From Laetmonice hystrix (Eukaryota): a DNA stretch of 64,000 nt. The DNA lies in the NCBI GenBank assembly GCA_965235115.1, contig OZ249451.1, forward strand, positions 4,464,001 through 4,528,000, in the 5' to 3' direction. Below are positions 51,301 to 60,096 of the stretch, one piece after another. The notes beneath the pieces are model-generated. The model saw only the letters and a program-made list of their open reading frames with translations, did no database searches and was not told the origin of the DNA. The translations under genes and the position numbers were made by a program. The number at the start of each line of letters is the position of its first letter. Positions within the stretch are counted from its first letter, which is position 1.

Positions 51301-54300
51301 ACATGTACATACTATACTGTAGTTGTAGTTGTTACTTCATAAAGTTTTGTAATAAATCGTATTTTGTGAAAGTTTTGTTGTAATTTCCCATTCTGCCCTC
51401 GGAAGTTTCAGTCTGCAGTTTATTGTCTGCAGGATTTTGCCCCAATATTTCTCTTTGCTAGTAGTCGCCGTAATTACCGGCAAGTATACCCATGGGGGGT
51501 TATATAGTAAGTCAAAAGATGTCCGCTTGCTGACCCAACGACCTCGATCCTGGCAGTGGGGTGTTTTTAATTAAGTCCTTGCTGCGTGCACTCGTTAAAC
51601 GCTGTCTCCAAGCCTGTGCTGATGAAATATACGATTTAAATGCTGTCTCCAAGCCTGTGCTGATGAAATATACGATTTAAATGCTGTCTCCAAGCCTGTG
51701 CTGATGAAATATACGATTTAAACGCTGTCTCCAAGCCTGTGCTGATGAAATTTACGATATAAACGCTGTCTCCAAGCCCACGCTGATGAAATTTACGATA
51801 TAAACGCTGTCTCCAAGCCCACGCTGATGAAATTTACGATTTAAACGCTGTCTCCAAGCCCACGCTGATGAAATTTACGATTTAAACGCTGTCTCCAAGC
51901 CCACGCTGATGAAATTTACGATTTAAGCAAAGGTGTCCACACATCTATCTTTACTAAAACGTAACGATGGGGTTGGAGGAGATTCCTTGCTGTTTGCAGG
52001 GACGGAGAAGGCCAAAAAATATATTATATTGCATTTATTTAAAAGGGCACCTGCAAGTCAAAAAGAACACTTTTTTTCAGAATCAACAGGGAGGCTATTC
52101 GCCCTAGGCAGTGATGTGAGTTTATGGAGTAAAAGTTAAATGTTTATTGGGGTTATGTCTTTCAGGCTGCGTCGTTTGGAAAGTGTTTCCTGACAGAGTA
52201 TCGTCCTGAAGCGTTCCTAAACATGTGTCAGATGTTGCGAGTACTGAATGCAGTCCATGACTACACTCTCGGCATACCGCTCACATATACAGAGTATCCT
52301 TGACAATGATAAACAGAACTTGAGCAAACATTTTATCCCCCCCCCCCCATAAAAAAAAAATTGATATTTCCAAACAAGTGTTACCGAGACAGAATTTGAA
52401 ATGTAGCCACAGCAACCCTAACCTGCAGTTCGTACCCCATACAGAGTTATGTGGATGATATATTTGTATACAGTTTGTGTTGTGTTCACCCGTACCCCAT
52501 ACAGAGTTATGTGCATGATATATTTGTATACAGTTTGTGTTGTGTTCACTCGTACCCCATACAGAGTTATGTGGATGATTTATTTGTATACAGTTTGTGT
52601 TGTGTTCACCCGTACCCCATACAGAGTTATGTGCATGATATATTTGTATACAGTTTGTGTTGTGTTCACCCTAACCAAGCACAGACTTCATGCATTGACT
52701 CTTCCCGTCCTCCTCGATCGTCTGGTGTTGAGGCGTCAGTACTGTCTTGCTATCCGTATATGTCAGTACCTTCGAATGCCAGAGGCAGAGGGCGCTAGTA
52801 GGATCCTAGCCCACTGGGCCTGCTACAAGGTAAGTGTTATATGCCATTACTGATTTCTCATGACAGTTTAAGCCTTTGAGTAGCCTATACAATATACACA
52901 GATGAGATTACCTCAACCCATCCAAGATGGTGTAGGTGTACTTCACTCCTGCTCTGCTCAACCCTCTGCCGTCAGTGTTAGGGATAGGGGTTTCTTTGGG
53001 TGTTAAGTTTGAGTACATGTCTCAAACCTTACAATACCACCAGGTACAGCAGACAAACGTGGATGATGAACAGGTGGCCAGGACCATCGCCCACAAGTTA
53101 GGTGACACTCCAGGGGTGTCGTACTCAGAGATTGCTAACCGCGCCATCGAGTGTGGCCGTGTGGAACTCGCCATCAGGTTGCTTGACTTCGAGCCCAAGG
53201 CCGCCGAACAGGTGCCCCTTCTGATGAAGATGAAGAGAGATCAGCTGGCGCTCTCTAAGGCCATTGAGAGTGGGGACACTGACTTAGGTAGGACGGTGGC
53301 CGCAGCCAATAAAAACCCACCATTAAAAGTTTGTTTTCTCGGATGTTACACCAAATGATTTGAGGGAAAGTTAAACAGGGACTCTCTTTGCCGTTGTTCA
53401 CAATGAGCAAAGAGGAAAGTTTTGTTTAAAACATATATATTTCTATATTTCAGTGTACATGGTGCTGCTACACCTGAAGGAAACGATGAAGTTTGGAGAG
53501 TTCCTGATGGCCATCCGTAGTTTACCTACGGCACACGCTCTCTTTCTTCAGGTACTGTCACCTTCCTCACCGTCACACCTGTCACAACCTTCAGTCTTCA
53601 TTAGTGAACACAGAAAGGGGAGGAGCCAGGGCCTGACGTTGGAATGGGGGGAGGAGCCAGGGCCTGACGTTGGAATGGGTGGAGGAACCAGGGCCTGACG
53701 TTGGAATGGGTGGAGGAGCCAGGGCCTGAGGTTGGAATGGATGGAGGAGCCAGGGCCTGACGTTGGAATGGGTGGGGGAGCCAGGGCCTGACGTTGGAAT
53801 GGGTGGAGGAGCCAGGGCCTGACGTTGGAATGGGTGGGGGAGCCAGGGCCTGACGTTGGAATGGGTGGGGGAGCCAGGGCCTGACGTTGGAATGGGTGGG
53901 GAAGCCAGGGCCTGACGTTGGAATGGGTGGAGGAGCCAGGGCCTGACGTTGGAATGGGTGGGGGAGCCATAGCCTGACGTTGGAATGGGTGGGGGAGCCA
54001 TAGCCTGACGTTGGAATGGGTGGGGGAGCCAGGGCCTGACGTTGGAAGAGTGGAGGAGCCAGGTCCTGACGTTGGAATGGGTGGGGGAGCCAGGGCCTGA
54101 CGTTGGAATGGGTGGAGGAGCCAGGGCCTGACGTTGGAATGGGTGGAAATTGAGTCGGAATTTACTGCTCAAACTGCTGTAAGGTTGAGTAATAAATTTT
54201 GACTCAAGCTCGACCCAGATCCGTAACCTCTACTACCAGCAGGATAGTTGTCAGGAGGAATATGGTGGGAATGAAAGTGTTGGTTACTGTTGATATTGTA

Positions 54301-57300
54301 GTACTGCCGGGAGCAGAACCGAAACATGCTCCGTAACCTCTACTACCAGGAGGAATATGGTGGGAATGAAAGTGTTGGTTACTGTTGATATTGTAGTACT
54401 GCCGGGAGCAGAACCGAAACATGCTCCGTAACCTCTACTACCAGGAGGAATATGGTGGGAATGAAAGTGTTGGTTACTGTTGATATTGTAGTACTGCCGG
54501 GAGCAGAACCGAAACATGCTCCGTAACCTCTACTACCAGGAGGAATATGGTGGGAATGAAAGTGTTGGTTACTGTTGATATTGTAGTACTGCCGGGAGCA
54601 GAACCGAAACATGCTCCGTAACCTCTACTACCAGGAGGAATATGGTGGGAATGAAAGTGTTCGTTACTGTTGATATTGTAGTACTGCCGGGAGCAGAACC
54701 GAAACATGCTCCGTAACCTCTACTACCAGGAGGAATATGGTGGGAATGAAAGTGTTGGTTACTGTTGATATTGTAGTACTGCCGGGAGCAGAACCGAAAC
54801 ATGCTCCGTAACCTCTACTACCAGGAGGAATATGGTGGGAATGAAAGTGTTGGTTACTGTTGATATTGTAGTACTGCCGGGAGCAGAACCGAAACATGCT
54901 CCGTAACCTCTACTACCAGGAGGAATATGGTGGGAATGAAAGTGTTGGTTACTGTTGATATTGTAGTACTGCCGGGAGCAGAACCGAAACATGCTCCGTA
55001 ACCTCTACTACCAGGAGGATAGTTGTCAGGAGGAATATGGTGGGAATGAAAGTGTTCGTTACTGTTGATATTGTAGTACTGCCGGGAGCAGAACCGAAAC
55101 ATGCTCCGTAACCTCTACTACCAGGAGGATAGTTATCAGGAGGAGGCCGACTGTCGGATCATGGAGAGTTACGACGAGGAGGTAGGATCAGATGGTTTCA
55201 AGGTTACCATGTCATAGCAACTTTCCAACACCGGAAGGAAGAAAAAGAAAAGACTATAATGAAACGACAATGTAGCACACTTTATTGACAAGCACATGTT
55301 ACCCCTAGTAATTTGACAGTTGGTTAAGTGTTTTCATGTTTGGATGTGTGGGTGTGTCCGTTTCAGCGGTTAGAGACAAGGTTAAGTCAGTTGGTATCAG
55401 CTCAGGAGGCGTACACCAAGGCTAGGAATGACTGGGCCGCCAAGGTCAGTGGAACAACACTTTTTCTTTACTAAAGGACCAGGCTATCTGTAGATATTGT
55501 ACATTATGACATGTTTGAGTAATTTTTCTTATCAGGATTTTATTGTTTCCTCTTTAGCTGTACAACCGATTCTAATTGGACTGTTGGAATTTATCTTTTT
55601 CTATTGATTTCAAATTGGACAGCTAAGTTAAATTTGTTTCACACATGATCTTGATTTGTTGGGAATCAATGGTGGAATTGTTTCTTTATTTCAGGAGACA
55701 GAAGATGAGATACGATTGTTACGGTTACAACACAAACTGGAGGAAGAGCTTAACCGACCTTTTCTGAACATGTCGCTCCACAAGACCGTCTACCAGCTGA
55801 CCCTACAGAACCAGCACAAACGAGTGAAGCAGATTAAAAAGGACTTCAAAATCCCGGACAGAAGGTGAGGCAGGAGTTACCTTACATCTTAAATATAATC
55901 AAAGCATAGTAACGTTCAGTTCTCAGTTGATAGGATTAATTGGGGTGTGTTATATATCTAGATGACAATGTTGCCCAAAATTGTGTGTTAACACAATGTG
56001 TTCTTCCAGAGCGTGTGTTAACAAAATGTTCTTCCAGAGAGTGTGCTAACAGAATGTGTTCTTCCAGAGTGGGTGTTAACAGTGTGTTCTTCCAGAGTGT
56101 GTGTTAACAGTGTGTTCTTCCAGAGTGTGTGTTAACAGAATGTGTTCTTCCAGAGTGTGTGTTAACAGAATGTGTTCTTCCAGAGCATGTGTTAACAGAA
56201 TGTTCTTCCAGAGAGTGTGTTAACAGAATGTGTTCTTCCAGAGTGTGTGTTAACAGAATGTGTTCTTCCAGAGTGTGTGTTAACAGAATGTTCTTCCAGA
56301 GTGTGTGTTTACAGAATGTGTTCTTCCAGAGTGTGTGTTAACAGAATGTGTTCTTCCAGAGTGTGTGTTAACAGAATGTGTTCTTCCAGAGTGTGTGTTA
56401 ACAGAATGTGTTCTTCCAGAGCGTGTGTTAACAGAATGTGTTCTTCCAGAGCGTGTGTTAACAGAATGTGTTCTTCCAGAGCGTGTGTTAACAGAATGTG
56501 TTCTTCCAGAGTGTGTGTTAACAGAATGTGTTCTTCCAGAGAGTGTGTTAACAGAATGTGTTCTTCCAGAGCGTGTGTTAACAGAATGTGTTCTTCCAGA
56601 GTGTGTTTACAGAATGTATTCTTCCAGAGTGTGTGTTAACAGTACTTGAATGGCGTTTCTCAGGTTCTGGTGGTTGACCATTGAAGCTTTGGCTGAGGCT
56701 GGGGACTGGCCGGAACTGGACCGCTTCAGTAAGAGTCAGAAATCACCGATAGGATATGAGGTAAGAAAACTATGTACATGAGTGAGCCATGAGTGAACTG
56801 TGAGTGAACCATGAGTGAACTGTGAGTGAACCATGAGCGAACCAAGAGTGAACTGTGAGTGAGCCATGAGTGAACTGTGAGTGAAACATGAGTAAGCCAT
56901 GAGTGAACTGTGAGTGAACCATGAGTAAGCCATGAGTGAACTGTGAGTGAACCATGAGTGAGCCATGAGTGAACTGTGAGTGAACCATGAGTGAACTGTG
57001 AGTGAAACATGAGTAAGCCATGAGTGAGCCATGAGTTAACTGTGAGTGAACCAAGAGTGAACTGTGAGTGAAACATGAGTGAAACATGAGTGAGCCATCA
57101 GTGAACTGTGAGTGAACCATGAGTGAACTGTGAGTGAAACATGAGTGAGCCATGAGTGAACTGTGAGTGAACCATGAGTGAGCTGTGAGTGAAACATGAG
57201 TGAGCCATGAGGGAGCCGTGAGTGAGCCATGAGTGAACCATTAGTGAGCCATGAGTGAACTGTGAGTGAAACATGAGTGAACTGTGAGTGAAACATGAGT

Positions 57301-58170
57301 GAACCATGAGTGAAACATGAGTGAGTCTTGAGTGAACTGTGAGTGAAACATGAGTGAGTCTTGAGTAAACCATGAGGCCTGGATGAACGACACAGCTATA
57401 CCTTTTGTGGCTCCACCTGTTGGCAGATTTGTGAAGTATTTTTATATTGATCGTGATTGTGTGCGCCATCTTGTATCTGATGTGGTAACTATTGACTCCT
57501 CGTGACGTACTCACTGCTAGGTTTAGTTATGTTTGGGCAAAGCAAAAGAGAAGGAATAAGGCTGTTCACAAAAGCGATAACTTTATTGAAAATTACATGG
57601 CATGGTCCACAAATCAGAATAATTATTAATGTTTCAGCCATTCGTTGACGTTTGTATAAAGTACAGTAACAGACATGAAGCCCAGAAATACTTGCCCAAG
57701 GTCGCTCCCAAAAACAAGGTCACGTGCTATATAAAGGCGGGGTAAGTAAGCAACTTACTAACCATGAAGTTATACTGAGAGCTACTAAAGTAAGTTAAGA
57801 ACCAATAATTCTCAGACCTTTAGCATTTCGTAACCAATATCCCATTTCTGCGTTGTATGTGCTGCTTCTTTGTGGTCCAGGTTTGATATACATGTACATG
57901 TATTATGAGAAAATAGGGTCTTGATCTCAGTGTAGAAATTGTAATGATTTCAAGAAGCTCAGCGTTTTAGTTTCTGGGTATATTTGTACCGGGGGTACTA
58001 AGATATCTTGATAATTTGATTCTAGACAACTAGACGAGGCGGCTGAGATAGCGTTCCAACAGAAGAACGATGATGATCTTGTACTGGTGCTCAATAAGTG
58101 CGGCGTCTCAAACCGAGGCTTGGCGGAGAAGGTACAGACGCTGCGGGCCCAACTCTCCTCTAAACGATAG
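42331..58170 (+). CDS. VPS16: Vacuolar protein sorting-associated protein 16 (HOPS/CORVET core subunit), 831 aa
   Basis: Exons 42331-42377, 43574-43662, 43858-43961, 44130-44258, 44493-44637, 45038-45156, 45273-45392, 45548-45603, 45910-45984, 46453-46624, 46912-47037, 52166-52293, 52685-52829, 53044-53287, 53454-53551, 55077-55181, 55367-55444, 55695-55864, 56664-56760, 57638-57741, 58026-58170; total 2496 nt, in frame. Motifs recalled from human VPS16: [86 protein letters not shown]. Confidence 0.97.
43083..43560. repeat. About 28-33-bp minisatellite in VPS16 intron 1, about 15 copies
   Basis: Unit like ATGAGATTTCCATGTATTTTGCCTGGTTAGTC; the array ends just before the exon-2 acceptor. Confidence 0.9.
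45985..46452 (+). other. U12-type (minor spliceosome) GT-AG intron, VPS16 intron 9
   Basis: 5' splice site GTATCCTTTT; branch-site-like CCTTGAC at 46436-46442, about 11 nt before the frame-restoring AG at 46451-46452; no polypyrimidine tract. Confidence 0.85.
47031..47162 (+). repeat. 65-bp tandem duplication of the VPS16 exon-11 donor site
   Basis: CCTCAGG|GTGAGTACAAACAATATTTATACAC occurs with donors at 47038 and 47103. Confidence 0.9.
48909..49841 (+). CDS. Divergent TALE-class homeodomain protein (spiralian SPILE-like), intronless CDS of 310 aa, nested in VPS16 intron 11
   Basis: Single ORF from ATG 48909. The homeodomain [58 protein letters not shown] has the three-residue loop extension with PYP and helix-3 WFANKR. 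An upstream helical segment reads LEKFYQTQC...QRSDAI...[23 protein letters not shown]. Possible TATATAAA at 47996 and AATAAA near 51351. Confidence 0.9.
   Translation: MAGIVDHLTHQVTNSNELVQLLDNPMFSELQATLATDVSQTALPYLLMQSDSPSPVKVKTEYDHKEAIDLIVEDAALQAEFRQLAPLCDPKITELEKFYQTQCVSVVTQRSDAISKLQASHLPPDQLQREEQCVNDYYNQQQGHLTMRITQSLQLVKAALPPDAVPSAGTKKKQKSRMLGSQAVEVMNDWYQNHLDNPYPTDDEKAMMADLGNITLAQVKAWFANKRNRTLNTRPKRQKHNLQKQLNIICNQLAIDSMVTGSGGGRADYSMLMEEMSDIATVSSHMTMASPTLMAASGIGSPGSDHLGYN
49890..50890. repeat. 40-bp minisatellite, about 25 copies, just 3' of the TALE stop codon
   Basis: Unit CTGAACTTACAGTGGTGCTGGGGTGCCAAGTCTTGAGAAA; the last copies are degenerate. Confidence 0.95.
51597..51925. repeat. 41-bp minisatellite, 8 copies, VPS16 intron 11
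   Basis: Unit AAACGCTGTCTCCAAGCCTGTGCTGATGAAATATACGATTT. Confidence 0.95.
52294..52684 (+). other. U12-type (minor spliceosome) GT-AG intron, VPS16 intron 12
   Basis: 5' splice site GTATCCTTG; branch-site-like CCCTAAC at 52669-52675, about 10 nt before the frame-restoring CAG at 52684. Confidence 0.8.
52431..52670. repeat. 60-bp tandem repeat, 4 copies, inside the U12 intron
   Basis: Unit CGTACCCCATACAGAGTTATGTGGATGATATATTTGTATACAGTTTGTGTTGTGTTCACC. Confidence 0.95.
53617..54146. repeat. 31-bp G-rich minisatellite, about 17 copies, VPS16 intron 15
   Basis: Unit GGAGGAGCCAGGGCCTGACGTTGGAATGGGT. Confidence 0.95.
54218..55130 (+). repeat. 95-bp tandem repeat made of the VPS16 exon-16 acceptor plus the 5' half of exon 16
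   Basis: TTGTAG|TACTGCCGGGAGCAG... starts at 54302, 54397, 54492, 54587, 54682, 54777, 54872, 54967 and 55077; only the last continues into the full exon and its donor at 55182. Confidence 0.95.
55983..56642. repeat. 28-bp minisatellite, about 24 copies, VPS16 intron 18
   Basis: Unit GTGTGTTAACAGAATGTGTTCTTCCAGA. Confidence 0.95.
56777..57374. repeat. 10-bp-based (TGAGTGAAC-core) minisatellite, VPS16 intron 19
   Basis: Alternating CATGAGTGAA / CTGTGAGTGAAC subunits. Confidence 0.95.
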
Positions 58171-60000
58171 GTGGAGGTCCTCCAAACTGGTGATGGTCCT
58201 CCAAACTGGTGATGGTCCTCTAAACTGGTGGAGGTCCTCTAGACGATAGCCAGGTAATGGACTAATAAAGTGAGGCGGAATGAAAAAGTGAAGGATAGAA
58301 TGAATGATTTAAGGAAGGAAGCGAGGAAGGAATAATTGACTGAATGTTTGTTAGTTTCAGTATATTTTGTAAAGGATACATGTATGAATGCAGTTATAAT
58401 GTTTGCTTACGATTACCAATATATATAGATTGTTTGATGATATAATCATGACTATTGTACATACAGAATGGAAAGGTCCAAGATGTGGTCTGACTTTTCA
58501 TGTTTGACTGCTTGACCATGTGTCCATGTGTCTGGATGAGAACCTGTCAGCCGAGCGGGTTGGGTCCTCAGATTCACCCCCCCCCCGGGATACGGATCGA
58601 TGATCGAACGCCCCTAGCCATGCTATATCTCCAAGGGTAAAAAATAAAAATGCGGTGTAATTGCAGCAGGTCTCAGATACATGTGTACTATCGTTTACTT
58701 CCACTTCGATTGCATCTCATGTTATGAAGTTTAAGTGACTTGACAATAAATGTACAGTGTACAAAATGTATACATATATGTGGAGTGAATGAATTGTATG
58801 AAGTGTGTAATAGGCCTCGCATGGACTACAGAAAACGGCGTGTGATGATGTCGGAACACGACAGGGCTTGTGAAAGGACACGGGGTTTAATTAAAGGTTG
58901 TTAATCATGTAACTCCTATATGTCCTATATGTATGTCCGTGAGATAAGGTGCAATATGATCTATAAAAATGTTAGATTCAGTAAGAACCCTTGTTTGTTG
59001 TGCATGGGCCCAGGGGAACCATAATAGTATAGATCTAGTTGCCCATTTTTGATTCACTGGGGAGTCTAGGCCTATAGCTTGACGCCGTCCGAGAATCTGC
59101 GATGCAAAATGATTTCGCCAGAAATAAACTCCACAGAATAAACGTTAGGTGGCGCCTGTGGAGTAAAACGAGGCAGCGATGACCGCGCCCTCTAGCGTAC
59201 TTATTGTCAAGGTTACTGCAAGGTTATTGCGCGCGCATGCGATAAGTTATCACGCGACTTTCCCGCCGGTCGAGATTCGAACCTCGTGCTCCACGCCAGG
59301 AGGTGTTCAAGTCTGTCGGATTTGTCCAGGTGGAGTAGAGAGGCGCCTGACAGTTAATGGCATGGATGTTCAGCGAAACTTTACTTTGTGTCTTGGTAAG
59401 TGACATTAACATTTTCCTAAGTTTAAGGCTGGTGCATTTAATTTATCAATTCAAAATTATTAACTTGATTGGCCTATAGAATAATTGGGCCTTAGCCGCC
59501 TAACATATACATATCTATGACATGTCGGATGTAAGGAGAAGTTATAAATAATGTTACACTAGTGAGAATAGATCTACAACGTTTGTAGGCTAATTTAATC
59601 TCCATTGTAGTCCAGCAATAAATGCTCCAAGATCTACCATTGGCACACATTAATGGCAATTATTTATAATTTAACTAGTAACACAAATAGTGACGCTATC
59701 TTACGTTACCCTCGAATATCTTATGGAAAATACATTAAAAGAAAACGAAAAAGAAATGGAGTAAATCACGATAGATATCCATGGACAGCGGTGCACTTAG
59801 ATAGGCCTCGATGTCGACATGCTTCTGTTGTTTAGTGCGCCTAGAAACGCCGGCCTGCACTACAAGGACCGGCAAATTGAAAGATTCGCTAATACTTTAT
59901 CGCCTTTGTCTGCCATCCATTCATCCAGTTGCGGAAACGTTTGATTTATAGTTGCCATAAACCTAGTTCCTGGTGTGGTTTATTCGTCTATGTCTGGATA

Positions 60001-60096
60001 TAGCGTGGTTCCCCTCCCCGCCGCTCCGCTCCTTGGCTCTGATGGTCGCGACCATTAGCGCTAAGCAGCGGAGCGGCGGGTAGGGGAACCAGGCTA
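60001..60096. mobile_element. 96-bp GC-rich palindromic element (MITE-like hairpin)
   Basis: 30-bp arms TAGCGTGGTTCCCCTCCCCGCCGCTCCGCT / AGCGGAGCGGCGGGTAGGGGAACCAGGCTA with 2 mismatches; inner hairpin TGATGGTCGCGACCATTA; no TSD seen. Confidence 0.5.

Noticed and set aside
51597-51925. Hammerhead ribozyme in the CTGATGA-containing 41-bp repeat
   Set aside because: CTGATGA is not followed by a stem II and GAAA core.
53548-57514. Long ORFs over the arrays (53591-54172, the 77-aa MFRFCSRQ series, 56217-56639, 56726-57296)
   Set aside because: They are translations of intronic minisatellites, mostly antisense to VPS16.
6680-58170. Lifeguard-AOX-VPS16 as a functional gene cluster
   Set aside because: Adjacency alone is not evidence in an animal genome; conserved synteny or co-expression data would be needed.
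59255-59345. tRNA-like GGTTCGAATC on the minus strand
   Set aside because: The T-stem is imperfect and no A box or acceptor stem is present; at most a decayed SINE head.
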